A stretch of 64,000 bases of DNA. It comes from Pocillopora damicornis. Lineage: Eukaryota. Below are positions 48,101 to 63,100 of this stretch, piece by piece. Positions within the stretch are counted from its first letter, which is position 1, and every line of letters starts with the position of its first letter. Location of the stretch: positions 124,001-188,000 of the forward strand of contig NW_020847607.1 in the NCBI RefSeq assembly GCF_003704095.1, read 5' to 3'. Made by a program: the position numbers and the translations under genes. A model generated the notes under the pieces. The model was not told the origin of the DNA, did not search any database, and saw only the letters and a program-made list of their open reading frames with translations.

Positions 48101-51100
48101 AATCGTCATCCGCGCTTATCTTTTCAATCTTTTAGCGTCCATAATCCTCTGTGTGTTTTCTTTGGAGTTTTTCTACTTTGGAAAACAAGGCACATACAGT
48201 TCCCTTCGGAAATAGAACGGAGAAGTTTTCTTGCAAGCCAAGCGATATGTGAACAGAAAGACGAAGGAACAGAGCTGTGTTCTCCACTAATATGTAGTTA
48301 TTTGTTTTGAATGACTTACCGGTCTTCCTGGTAAGCCTGGAACTCCTGGTTTACCACTAGCGCCACGCGAGCCCTGCAAATATTCAAGCGTTTGAGATGC
48401 AAAATCAAATGAGCATTTATGTCATGCTACACTACAATACGACAGCCTGGTAAGGAGCGTTCGCAAGGTCTAATCTTTACGTCCCCCAGGGAGCGAGAGG
48501 AAGACATATTGCCCCCTCTCCCTTATACCAAACAGGGAGATAGATAAGTTGTAGATCATAGTGCGATGTGCCAAGAATGTTCCGAAGAAACTGGCGCAGG
48601 TTTTAGGCACGGGGCAACTTTGTTTGCAATTTCAACCCCATTCCCGTAGGTGATCCCCATTCCAAAGAAACAATTAATATATCAGCTCCTAGCATTAAAA
48701 GCATATGGGACGTTTAACAATCTCTGGAAAAATTAGTCCAAATAGTGATTTAAGAAACTCAAAACTCATCTATGCGAAAGTGACTTGGATATCTGGCTTC
48801 GTTCAGCATAGATTGTCCGTCAATTCCTCGCTTCCAGCTTTCATCAAGGAAAGATCAAAGATGCGAAAATGTCTCAATTCATATCATTTGCGAGTGTTTG
48901 CCTCATGTGTTTCTCAGTGATAGGAAGTGCAGTGGTTGACTACCGCTTGCAATTGGTTTTCTGCTTAAATATCTTCTGCTGAGAGTTAAAAAACGCCACG
49001 AGCGCTACGTTGTGTCAGCGCCTTGAACTTCAAATTCTTCCCTTTTTACAAAATGTCCTGTAATCATGCAATATAAATCTTTAATCCGCCACATCAACTA
49101 TTTCTTCGATGACGCTGACATACCTTAGTTCCTGGGATTCCTGGTTGTCCTGTCAAACCACTATTGCCAGGTGGTCCCTAGAAAATCCAAATATATAAGT
49201 TATCACAAACAGACCAGAAAAGAAAAAATACAGGAAGAGTTAATTTCCAGACTGATCCAAAATATACGCAGGTGAAGGGTGACACAAGATACCCTCAAAG
49301 GCCCTCTGCACTTTAAACTTACAAACAGCTTTAAATTTTTTAATAGACTTCAAATATCTTCCAAAAAAACTGTAGTGACGTATAGCCTTGACGATGGATG
49401 TTGCAATCCTAAGACTGCTAAAAGGAATAACATAATTATCAATTTATACTCCTTATCCTTAACCACCACGATTTGTTTTTTTTTCTCTTAAGTGTTTTTC
49501 TAACTAAGCACAAACAATTCTTTTTAACTTTTTTTTTCTGAGTTGGCAAATTGTCTATCACAGGCGAAGGAAGAAAAATCATGCAATTTCTTCGATTACT
49601 GATCACTTTCAGGGATCCGTTTATTACTTGTTTTCAAATTATCTGTGCCGCAAAACGCTTCAGGGCGGATTCACTATTTTACAGCTGCTCTCTGAACTTT
49701 TGCCTGCATGCTGGCTTAAATACGCAAACTTTGACCCTCTAAGGTTTAACTCTCCCCTCTACCTGTTACAAATTTCCTTGTAAATTAGTTATGAGAATTT
49801 TGTGATAGATCAAGATAATCACTTCTACCCAAAAAGTTTGAGTATTCTCATTACCCGTTTGCTCCATAATGTAGGATGATTGTGGGGAAAAGTTACTTGT
49901 TAATCACTTCTGGGAGTTTACGGGTTAACAGGTGATTTTGGCTAAATTAGTAGGGAAATTGCAACTTACCGGTGGGCCCTGCGATCCAGGTCGCCCTTGT
50001 GACCCTGTGGCTCCTCTGTTACCCTTTGTAAAGAAGAAACATTTGTTTTAATTCACCTCCTAAAGTAGAACAGAATGTTAGAAACAGAGCATAAAGTCGT
50101 AAACGCCTGCATTCGTTAATAGATAATTTCCTCCATCTAAGATTTCTCTTCTGTGGTTAAACGAAGATGAAAGCTTCATAAAATACTTGGGCTCCACACC
50201 AGCATACCAATCTCACTTGGAAATTACGGTATTCTTTCAACATCCTCTCAAGCTCTCATAACATGATTAGTTTCACTTTCTAAATTTTACTCTTAATTCA
50301 AAACATTTTGTTTCAAGAACGTTCTCGCAGTAAGACGATGACAAAAGACAGGTTGCTTTGTTGTCAGGATTTTGTTAATGTCTTCAAATAAAAGTATTCT
50401 CTACTCACAGAAGCTCCTGGAGATCCAGGATTTCCTTTGGCGCCAAGAAATCCCACAGTTCCCTTTAAAAAAAAGTGAGTATAAATACAAGTTATGACTA
50501 GGGAGATAACAGAGTAAAGGCGAATAAAAAATTGGTCTTGACAACGACAAAACGTCTATATCAAGGGACGGACTTGAAGGTATTGTGCACGATCGCTTTG
50601 TCCCTTTCAGTTAGTTTAACAAGATGTGACCTATACGAATTTTACAAGCGTGCTGGTGAAATTTTTATGTCTATGAAATTCTTCCACCCTTTCCAAAAAT
50701 ATCTTTCTTTGTGCCAAGGAGATCTTTATTCGTGTACAACAGAAATCTTCTCACGTGTGCCCAGCAAATTGATCTCATGTGCTTAAGGAATTTGACTTAT
50801 GTGCCGTGTATTTTTTTTTCTAGTGCGCTAAGATAAACATGGAACTTTCAGCCGTGTTCGTTCGAAATTATTTTCCTGGGTGCCAGGGAAATTTCAGAAA
50901 AAGTTTTAAAAGGCCATGAAATAAGTTTGGACAAACCAAGTCCCCTGGTTCTCCTTTTGATCCAAATGGGCCTGACTCTCCTTTCGAACCCTGAAAAAGA
51001 GATCGTCACATTTCCATATAAAAGAGATATTTCTGTGAGTTAAATTTATCTATTGTCTTCAGGATTTCCATAAAAGATTTTTCCCAAGTCAAAAAATAGA

Positions 51101-54100
51101 TTTTATCAGGATCGACGCCTCTGTATACGACAATATAAATTCAAGAATATTAATGAAAGATGTCCACGTAGTGGTTTACGACAGACTATCGAGACTAAAC
51201 ACAAAGCGTTTCTTACAGACCCAGAGGATTGGATCAGTTTTATTAGGTTTTCCTACAATAATTCCAAATACCGTGAGAAAGCTCCTCAAGATTTGCAACG
51301 TTACCTTTTCGCCTGCATTTCCTTTTAATCCAATAAGTCCTTGAGGGCCAGTTGGTCCCTGAGAATTACAAATTAAATCAAGTCAGAGTAGAAACAAAAA
51401 GAAGCTTCCTGAATAAAGGACGGGGTCCAGGAGTTTTACAAGGTAGTATTTTTTATATGTGATCGTAGTATGTTTTATTGCTCCTGGAATTAAAAATGGA
51501 ATCTTTGGTCAGAACGTACCGGGGATCCAGGAATTCCTGGACTTCCAGGGGCACCAACTGATCCGCGGCCTCCCTACAAGGGAAAAAATTCAAGCGTAAA
51601 CACCTTAACAAAGGCCAAACGCTGCATCCAAAGAAAACGTATGTGATCGCGTATTGCTCTCGTAATCGAATTCAAAATCAGTGTAATGGTTACCGTGGCT
51701 CCACGATCTCCTCGTCTTCCTGGGACTCCTGGTGTTCCGTCTGTGCCCTGTAAGAAAGTTAAGATTGTGACTTATGTAGCACATACAGAGTGCTTTTTGA
51801 TTGTGTGTCGTTAGACTAAAACCAAAGTAATCGCAACAGCCAATCAGAAGAAAGGAATAACACCCCGAAGAGCCGATGAGAAAAAGTCGTGATTGGTTTT
51901 AGTTTTGCATCTGATTGGTTGAGAGATAGGCGGAGTATTCTGGACTAATCACAGAGCACCTTTGGGCAAAAACCAATGCAATCCCGGATAATTTTCACAC
52001 CCCATAGAAAATTTCTATGGGGTGAAGAAAAACCAAACCCAAAGCAATCATGGCAGATAATCATAACAAAGAAAATATCACACAGAGCCAAACTGTCTGA
52101 TGTGCGGAAAGAAACGAGTCACCAAGTAACAATGAATGACTTGCCAACAAAAGGATTCTTGTTTGCGCAAAGATTTTTTTTTTTCGGTTACGGCTAAGTC
52201 ACCAATATGTTCCGTTTGTAAGTGTTTTGTTAGGTCCTTAATAAAATGATGTCGTGTTCTTTTTATGGCACATAAAGCGCATTAATTGTGGGAGAGATTT
52301 ACCTTGAATTTAAGTTGCAAAAAATTAGTTGAACTAACTCACCTTAGGTCCTGGCAAACCTGGTTGACCAACAGCTCCTGGGGCACCATCACCGCCCTAA
52401 ATTGAAGCAAAATGATGAAAAAATTTCCAAGATGATTATCTTAGAAAAGGCAAACATGGGTAGAGATAATTTCACCATTAAGACTACAAACGTCGTACTG
52501 CCGGGGAGGAGTTTCGCTTCTAATCTCCAAAAGAAACACTCTCTATTTTATTCCTTTTTTATAGAATTTGTTAATGATCATCAGACAGGGACACTTGTTG
52601 AATCTGATTGAGGGTAAAGCTTAAGACTCATTACTATCCAGACAGTCCATCTTTCCACAAGGTATCTCAATTTAAATAGTATGAAGCGATAAAGAGTACC
52701 CCTACTTCTCCCTTAAGGAATTTCAGTTGCTCAAAGTTAATTCCAGCAGTTCAGGTTTCCCTGATAGTTAACTGGAACCGACCCGTTGTCACTCCTGATG
52801 GAGAGTGACGCTGGAGCACACAACACAATGAGTCGACCAGAACTACGCACTGGAAGTTTACTCAATGCAATGGACCTGCAATAAACCTGCAGTGACCCAC
52901 AATGGACCAGCAATGGACCTACAGTGGACCTGCAATGAACCTGCAGTGGACCAACAATAGACCTGTAGTGGACCTGCAATGGACCCGCAGTGGACCTGCA
53001 ATGGACCTATAATGGACCTACAATGGACCTGTAGTGGACCCGCAGTGGACCTACAGTGGACCTGCAATGGACCTACAGTGAACCTGCAGTAGACCTTTTA
53101 ACATTGCAATGGACAAGCCATTGACCTAGGTCCATTGCTGTGACCACTTATTTTCATTGAAAACAATGATAGACTAGTCACAAAAAGGAAGCATAACTCA
53201 CCGGTTCACCATCTCTGCCAGGTTCTCCAGCAGAACCTTGGTTGCCTTTCTCTCCCTGAACAAGACGAAAAAAACCGTGCAATCTTGAGATAAGAACAAA
53301 GTAATTTTATTCTACATTCAAGAAACAAACAACCAAATGAGGCACTCACATAATCACCCTTAGTTCCAGTAAATCCTGCTCGACCGGGCAGACCTGGCAA
53401 ACCCTGAAACAAATAGATCACGAGCACGTGTTACTCCAGTTACGTTGAAAGTGCACTGCAGACACCTAGTTATTTCACAAAAACCATATTTCGACCGGTT
53501 TATCACTGCTGGATCCTAAACAAAGAGCACTACGGTGTTTACTTTGGTTAAAAACACCGGCAGTGCTTGAGATCTTGCTTAAAACAGAAAACTTTGTAAT
53601 AATGCACCAAGGCAACTTGTATCAACACATAAAGTCACAAACATTACGCTTATCTCCTCACCGGTCCCCCTTCAGGACCTGATCCACCAGAGGCCCCTAT
53701 GGCTCCTCTGTCTCCCTGTCGAGAACAAAAGAAACATTTTTTACGTAACTTCACACAATTTCCGTGCATGAGGACAAATATTTGTTTTAGCAAAATTTCA
53801 AAGATTAAGCTCCAAATTCTGAGGATTAATAACACTGGGATTACGAGGAGCTAAGAAAAATTTGGACATAGTGTAGTGTCTAGTCGAGGTGATGGTATTC
53901 CTCGCAAAAATTATGCTGTTGGAAGTAGTGGGTGGCGTCGATGTTGCACCAGATTCAGTCAGATACAAATTATGGAGAAGTGATGCAAACCTACCGGCAG
54001 ACCATCTGATCCAGGTAATCCATTCTCGCCTTCACGGCCGGCAGCTCCCTAGAGGAAATAAAAGGCCACAAGAGAGAGCTACAAGGACTGACATGTCAAA

Positions 54101-57100
54101 CATGTCAAAAAAAGTATAACATCAAGGATAAATATCGCTCTTCTATCAAAATGTGAGAACTTCTGGCGTGGTATCCGTGAAAAATGTACATCTTCAGCTG
54201 TTTATTACAACCTATCATCACCATCAAACACTCTTTCTAACATCCTAGTCATTGAATTTAAGGCGCACCTGAAAATACTTTACGTATGATTCTTATGAAA
54301 CAAAAATACCAAAATGCCCTCATCTCTCTTCTATTATTCTTTTGCTTTTATTAGCAACATACCACAATGTGAATTTATTTCTTCCAGAGTTGATTGATAT
54401 CCTAGAGGGCCCTAACATTAAATGTAATTACCTGGGCTCCAATGGGACCCTGCTCTCCCCTTGGTCCACGTTCACCCTAAGAGACAATTAATGATAAATT
54501 AAAACCTAATTATCATAGCTAAAATTATCGACAGAAGCAGAAAACACCAGCAACTAGATTAACTTTAATTTCTCTTCTTTCAAAACTAGCCCGAAATGAA
54601 AAAAAATTTAAGGTTGCAAGTCCTACATTACTTAACTCTTCATCTCATAAGATATCATAATGATTTCTTTGTCCTACGTGAGGTTCCTAAACATTTCTTT
54701 TTGGTTCTATGTACCTGCTGGACTATTTAATCTGGAATAAATTTACTGAGATTCTAACAGGCTATTTTCGATATATTAAAATTCAAACTTGGCTCCGAGG
54801 CTTGGGGGAATAAAACCAAGGAAATCACATCGAGGTTGAGGGATGAATAATTAATTAATTTTGTTTTATTCCTCCTAGACTCGGAGCTATGTTTAAAAAT
54901 TTAATTAGTCGAAAATGGCCTATTAAATCCCCTGAAAGTTTTGAAGACCTCTGTTACACCTTTAACAAAAAAACCACCTTGTATGGTGCTTCATAATGTC
55001 TGACGAAGGGCGAACGCTGAACACGTCAGCTTTATGAACTCTCAACAGTGGTCACTTTACATTATCAACTCAGTTTAAAGACCAAATTATCTTGTATACT
55101 TTTGAAGGCAACCTTCACGTATATGTCAGACTTTATGTCTTCCAATCTCTGCAAGAGTCCTCCTTATTCACTCCACAACTCTTTTTTTAAGAAATACTTC
55201 TAATTCTCTGAGCACAAACAGTTTACCTGTAACCCTGGTGAGCCATCTTTGCCGCGCGTCCCAGGGAATCCCTAAAATGAGGAATAAACAGCGTTAATCT
55301 GTGTTCTGTATGACAATTTGGATAGCTTGCAAGTTAGAGTTCTGCACGATGGCAAGGCAAGTGGTTCCAGCTGTCAAACTCCTATAAATGATGTTTATAT
55401 TTCATATCAACGGCAATAGCTATAATATTAAGGTAAGGTCATGGTGTGGAGCGCTGGATTGCCGTGCGGGAGATACAGGGTCAACACTCAGGGTTTTAAA
55501 ATAACTGAGGAGAATTTTCTGCCTTTGCTACGACATCTGCAAATGGTTAGACATCCTAGTCTTCTTGGATAAAGGCAATAAACTGTAGGCCTCATGTTCT
55601 GCATCTTCTCTGTACTGGTTAACAGGGGGCGTTAAAGAACGTACGCACTTCTCGCAAAGTGTAGGGAATGTAGCTTCCGGTTGGGTGGCCTGGCCCTTTT
55701 GTTTATACAAGCCCCATTCCAACCAGCCTGAAAGCTGAACTGGGCCAGCCTGTCTTATATCGAAAATAAATGAATAAATGAATGAAAAGAATGCACGTCA
55801 AGAAAACCTTTGTCTTACTGTCGACTTCTCAGACACTCCCATAATTCACAGATCATTTTAAGATGAAGTACAGTGCTGAAGTCTTCCACAAATCTACTTT
55901 GCTTAGAGCCAGAACGACCTGATTGGATACTTACTGGATTTCCTAGTTTACCAGGTGCACCGGGGAGTCCTTGGATACCAAGCGGTCCCTTAAAGTAATA
56001 ATATGTAATGTAAGTGCAACGACCCTTTCCCCCCCCCCTCGCAGAGAATCAACATCTTCCATCCTCCACTTGGGATTCTTCTAACATTGCTTAATCTCAC
56101 TACAAAAACGGGCACTTTCTAAAAGTTCTCTGTAGCTAAGTCGGTTGAGAATTTGATTATAGAGTAAGAAGATCTGTTGCGGTGTCCTCGTGGAAACCCG
56201 TTTTTTTTTTTCCACAAGCTTGTATCAACTTTTTCCACCTTTTTGCAAGGTGCAAGTTATTAGAACACACAATAAGGGTCAACATGCCCGAGGACTTGAC
56301 GATGAGTTGGCTGGCATTGAAAAAGGTCAACTCTCAAGCCAAATATTTACCCTATGACGACACTATGAGTATTGATATCCACCCCTTGAATGGAATGCTG
56401 GTCCAACACAGTTAACCCCCAGTATTTATGCATGCTACTCTGACGGTTCACCAGTGCCTATGGGATCAATATCAGTATCTGGGCAACTGCCCACCTACCC
56501 CTTCCCTAACCCAACATTAACCCTAACTTGTTATCAATTGACTGCTGTTGGGTTAGAGGAGGTATAGTCAGATAGTCATGCCTTCTTTAAGCACTCTATT
56601 TTCTGCCCGCCCCAGGTTTACCTTGCCCCACAATCATACCTATTCCTAGTGTTCTCTTACCGTTGCTCCCATGCTTCCTTGAGCACCAGGGTCTCCTCTG
56701 AAACCTTGTCGACCCTAGAGGCAAAATCGCTACACAGTCATATGAATCCATGGATGGACTACATAACTACCATAACTACCATAATTACCACTGGACAGAT
56801 ATTCACAGGAATTGCTTTAAAATGCAAAAATTCCTGTTTAGAGGTTTGATCAAAGATTGCCCATAGACACTTGCTGACACCAAGCTTAAAAACTGACTGA
56901 AAAAAGCCTTTTCAAGGTTTTTCTTAAAATCGCACAACGAAGTTAAAGTTGCCTGGATCAGTAGGTCGATTGCCTCACTAACTAGCACCTCTGCATACTG
57001 TGTAACTTACACAAATAAACAAATATCTGCCACTCAACTTGTGCTGTAGCATAAACTTAAGGTCCGTTGTTAAGATTAAGTTTATNNNNNNNNNNNNNNN

Positions 57101-60100
57101 NNNNNNNNNNNNNNNNNNNNNNNNNNNNNNNNNNNNNNNNNNNNNNNNNAATATCTTGTTCATTACCGCCAGTCCTGGTGTGCCTGATTTACCAAACTCT
57201 CCTGTGGCACCTTGTTCACCCTGTCGAAAGAAATTGTTGCAGTCAAGAGACACTACTGACAGCTCCATAGGTTACATGTCGGCGACTCCTTAAGAAATCA
57301 ATAAAATAGTACTGCTTGAACTGGATTGTAAAATCCTTTTGATTACTGCAACCAGATGAAAGATATTTTCGTAAATTGTCACATCATTTTTTTAAAGAAT
57401 AATACAGAGATATAGAGAGAAAAGAAGAGAACCACCCAAAAATGGAGGACGTGATTATGAACCAACGAACAACGAATCAATTTGTCAAAAGCCAACACTG
57501 AGACAGATCTTAAAAAGGAAGAAGAGGTTAATCTTCCATGAATAACTAACACCTGCAAACAGCCTCAAGAGGAAAGCTCTTAATTGGAGCACTCCTTTAC
57601 CTTAAGACCATCTGCTCCTCGTTCTCCTATGCTTCCATCTCTTCCAGCGTTACCCTGAAAATAAACGAATTTCAATTACGTTGCTTGAAGGTTGCCTCAA
57701 CACTTGTTATCAATTAATCTTGAAGCATGCAATGGATATGAGATGGCTGATAGCCAATGGGGCATGTGGAACCCACACCAAGCATTATATGAAACATGTC
57801 ATGTCTAACAAACATGTCTGAAATGACAACCAAGCTCAAAATTGACCATCTTTCTTGATCCGTTTAGTGACTTATAGTCCATTTGGTATATTAAATCATA
57901 TTCTATGATGGCCGACCCAATCAAAATCCCCTAACTGGATCCTCTATTCACACCTTAGTTATAATATTGAATACAATGCCACCTCTTTAGGCAAAATTTA
58001 CAACCAAAGACACAATGAACCCCTACAGTGTATTTTCAGAAGATCTGTTACTGACATTCTTGCCATCTCCTCTTGAAAATTGATAACTGTTTGATGATTT
58101 CCAATTTTTAATTGGGCTTTTGGCTACTAATCCATTTCTTCTGTTATGTCAGCACAAACTCTGATGTAGCAACATTGTGAACATTCTTAACTGAGAGCAA
58201 TATCAGCCCTACACCAAGTTATAAGTAAATGATAGACAAAATGTCCATGCACATATACTGAAAACTATCCACATCATCAATAACATGAAACACACCACTG
58301 CTCCTTTAGGACCAGAGAAACCTGGTGTTCCTGGTGCTCCTTGAGGGCCCTGAAAGAAAAAATTAAGTCCAGAAGGATAAACAATCACAAAGTGAAATCT
58401 CTTAACTCATTAATCAGCATGATTTACATTATCAATGAACATCACTTGACTTATTGATCAGAGGCATAAGCTTAGCATTAACAAATGACTGCCTTTGCTG
58501 CAGCTGCAATAACTAACTAAGTGAAATTTCAACATCCCATCTGTGATGGGACACAAAATCCCACCAAAACTGTGTCTGAAATTCCACCAATCCCACCACA
58601 GACTGATGTTTGGTAGTATCCCATATTAACATTCCAGATTCCCAGTAGGACTACACAGAATCTACATGTAAAGCAACACGGTCAGGATATCCACACACAC
58701 CCCCCTCCCCATGCACCCCTTGAAATTTATTAGAATATTCTACAACAACACCTGGGATGAAACACAAAACCTCTGCAAGTTCCCACAGGAATTCCAGAAA
58801 TCCCACTATGGATATATTAAGGGAATGCAGATCTGTGAGGGATATATTCCAAGCAGGGACCTTTCAGGATCAAAAACAGAATGTGCTTTGATCCCACCAG
58901 AAAAAGAATGGTTACAGCCCTGCTGGTACTTGAAATTTACAGGATCTTATGTAGCACAGTCAGGATACTTAATGTGATCAGATGGATCCTTCCAGAAATA
59001 TAGGTAGTAGAGTCCAAAACTCTGGCTGGAATTTCAAACAAGAAGAGCCCATTCCCAAAAGAAAGTAATTTTTACCAGCAGCACGCAAACTCACAAACCC
59101 AAACCATTGAATAATCAAGATTTGAGCTTTGTGAGGTATCTAATTGTTGGGTGCAATAGTCAACTAATTTAAAGGTGGAAGAACCTAAGTTCTACCTGGT
59201 TCAAAAAACACACAATTTACAATAAAGTGAAAGGTAACATACAGGGACCCCAGGTATTCCAGGGGTACCATCCTCTCCATCAACACCCTAAGAAAAATAA
59301 AAATATTTTGAGTCAATTTTCCAATACTGTTCTTGCAATAAAGGACTGCAACATTTCACAAACTCTAAAATACAAAGAAAACAAACGCAAGCCCAAATAT
59401 TGCCTGTCATTTAAATAATTTCATACATTATGAAATCTGCAGTCACAACATTAGTACACCCACCAAAGAACTAAGCTGAGCTGAAAATTTGGTGTGATTC
59501 ACAACTGACTATATTTCCTGTTTGCGTTTGTTTTCATGCAAAATGCAGACTTGCAAAATATTAAGCTTAAAGGTATGTATACATAAAAGCTTCTTACACT
59601 GTATCAGTATGCAGATGTCTGTGTTTGTAACACTGATTACATTTTAAAACTTTTAAAAATTTTGACAAATTTTCTTTAAGATGTTTCCCTGGAAATGTGT
59701 CGTTGACACCACTTACTTTTAGTTAATCTTGCATCTCACTATAACGTTGTTAGTATAAGTTGTCAGGGTGCTAGACAGAATCTCAAATCTACCAAAAGGT
59801 GACACTGGTTGCTCTCTCACTTTGTATATTGATCACTAATCCAATTACTCTTTGAATTTCCTTTCACTCAATGCTACAACTGCATTACTATTGCTTTTAT
59901 TGACCCACCGGAATTCCTTGAGAGCCTGACTTTCCTGGTTTTCCTGCAGCACCTGTGTCTCCCTAAATATAATGAAACCACCAAGTTCCAGAATTTTAAA
60001 CCAAATTATTGATGTTAAAAATACTATTATTCATTGTGAACTTACCATATTTTAACCTAACACAAAGGTCTTGTTGCAATAGATGGAATGGTTCATTTGA

Positions 60101-63100
60101 TAAAACTTAGAAAACAACACTTGACAACAAACTAAACAGTAAACTAACAAGTATAAACAGGCAAAAACAATTAAGGAGGAAATGAACCAGTAGTATGTGT
60201 AGTGAGAATAGATGTAGTTGAGTTCACGCTCAAAGTAACTTCACTAAAATCAACAACTGCACAGTTCTTAACTACTTTGAGCGCCTACACGTATAGTGTC
60301 CACTTCAAACAGCCAGTGCTTATGACTGGTAAAAGCTGGCAAACAAGCAACGAATCCCTTCAGAAGGGAACTGAATCTAATATTCCAGACAATCAGGGTA
60401 AGAAAGAAAGGGAGAGGAGAATGAGGCTGAGAAACAACTCTTAGAGTAACACACTAGCTGAAACATAACCAGCACACTGTGAGGGACTATTGTGCATGCC
60501 CTTTCAAACAGACTGCTGCCCACTAGGCATATATGGCCTACTTGTTTGAAGGATAGATAACACAATGCACTCGATAATTCTCTACCCAGTGGATAAAAGA
60601 GAAGGTTTTGTTGAAACATCTAGAGAATTGCAATTTACCTGTTGGATAGTATTACCTGCCCTTCAAAAAAAATTCAGAAATGGGCATTCCACCAGTAATT
60701 CTTTCTGAGCACATTTAACTGTATTGATAACTTTAATACTTACCCGAGGTCCTGATCGGCCTGGATTACCAGGTTCCCCTTGCGATCCCTTAATAAACAA
60801 GCAAAAAATACCTTCATTTTTAAAATGCACCTGAGCAAGCTAATACTACAGCTGTAAGTAAAATATCTTTACTTGTTTTTGCAAGAGCCCATCGTTATAT
60901 AGGTTATATAGAGTTAAATGTCCTAAATCACGTCATTAACCACACATGACATTAATATTACCTGTTCTCCTTTTCCTCCATCCCGTCCATTCTCTCCATT
61001 TCTACCACTGTCACCCTAAACATTATTGAAGCAAAGAGCAAACTGTAAAGAGAGAACCTCATTGTAGACAGTACAAAGTCAATTTTGTAAAACAATATTA
61101 CTGCTGTTCTAGTATACTTGTCGTTCAGACTCCTATTGGTGAACAGCAATGGTAGAATTATTTCAAATGTTCTATGCATGATATTTTCTATTTGTTTGTC
61201 TGCCTGCCCTTTCATGTCCTTCTGCCCTTTCATTTGCTCAATTGGGGCTAGCGCTCAAAACATCAGCTTTCAAACTCTTTACCATGACCAATTTACATTA
61301 TCAACTCAGTTGATAATACTAAGTTAGCATGTATCACTCTTCCACCCATGCTGAACCACAGTTTTTTTAGAAACTTGCATCCTTTGCCCTTTTACAAGGT
61401 CTGCTTACCTTCACTCCTTGCCTTCCCTCTGCACCAGAATAGCCTCGATTACCAGAAGGACCCTAAAAACAAATTCATGCGAGTCCAGTCAAGTCAAAAA
61501 TTACACCACTTTCTACACATATTCCATGTATAGCTATCACATTGTACATTTAAGGTCAAGAAAACATGTAAAATATAGGACCATAATAAACCACTCATTT
61601 GTCACATGTTTTCCACCCCTTTGGGACTCAGAAAAATGTCTGGCCCCTCAAAAAACATATATCCATGGGTGTTAAACATTCGAGCCAGGAATAGGTATAA
61701 ACTGTACATATTTTTATATCCACTATGAAAAAGACAAAATGCTGATACTAAACTTAGTTCCAAAGAATATAAGTACCTTTAGTACTAACAAGTACTTAAA
61801 GATTGGTAGAAACTACTCTGGGGGATAGAAATGAAAAACAGAACTCTATAATCTCATGAAGTTAATTACAAAATTAGATGGTTAAAACAGCATGGGCTTG
61901 TAAAGTTATATCTCATTTGAAGAATATTCTTGATGTAACTCTCCTGGAAAATACAAAGTTCTATTAAGATGTCATCTTGGTCAACATACTATTGGACCTG
62001 GGGAACCAAGTCCTCCTGGTAGTCCTGTTTTTCCTGGTGATCCCTAGTGAACCAAAAGAGAGGACTGGTGAACTTATGTCAACCTTGAAGAGATCAAATC
62101 CCCTCAATAATTCTCAAAAGATGATAATTAAGTGGTTTCAAGTCAAGATGAGAATGATATGGCTCCACATAGGAGGGATGTGAACTAGTGTTGCGAGGAT
62201 TGATTCTATATTTGTTTCTTCAACTGCAGTGCATACATATGATTTTAATATGTTTACAGCCATTATTCACCACTTCAAAGGTTTGTTTGTATCCAACATA
62301 ATGACCAGCTCCAGTTGGCATGTTAGCTCAGTTGGTAGAGCACTGCACCAGTATCACAGAGGTCATGGGTTCAAATCCTGTATGGGCCTGAATTTCTTTC
62401 AGGCCTTATTTCAACTACTAGTTCAGTAGTGTTTGCAACTGTGAGGATCGATTCTATATTTGTTTTTTCAACCACAGTGCACACATGATTTTCATATGTT
62501 TACAGCCATTATTCACCCCTTTGAAGGTTTTTTTGGATCCAACATAATGACCCGCTCCCAGTTGGCTTGTTAGCTCAGTTGGTAGAGCACTGCACCAGTA
62601 TTGCAGAGGTCATGGGTTCAAATCCTGTGTGGGCCAGAATTTTTTTCAGGTCTTATTTCAACTACTAGTTCAGTAGTGTTCATAACTTCGAGGATCCATC
62701 ATTCTATATTCATTTAGTGCTCTTATTGTAACATATTTCAGGTAGTGAGTTAAAAATAGTACTTATTGATTTATGTTTATCTTTTCATGATTCAGGCATT
62801 ACCCGTTTTCCTTGAGGCCCAGGTTGTCCAGGTGGACCTGCAGTTCCAGCGCTACCCTAGACATAAAGAAACAAACAATACATGCAGGTAACATCAGAAT
62901 GAAAAAACAACAAACATGCACACTTGATAATATAACTTCCAAGAACCATTCTCCCCCTTACTAATATTTTGGTCAATTCTCATCACTTGTTTCCAATAAA
63001 ATTAATTGAGAATTCTGATAGAAATTTCCTTTCCTCACTTCTAGGAATACAAAAGTCAACCCCCCCCCCCCCCCCAAAAAAAAAGGGTTTCAATGCAGAC

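Noticed and set aside
42507-60788. Four RGD motifs in the gene F helix
   Set aside because: RGD arises often in Gly-X-Y sequence and is usually cryptic in the triple helix.
62317-62636. Two functional tRNA-Thr(AGT) genes
   Set aside because: Acceptor and T stems are mismatched, the anticodon loop lacks U33, and both sit within a duplicated repeat unit.
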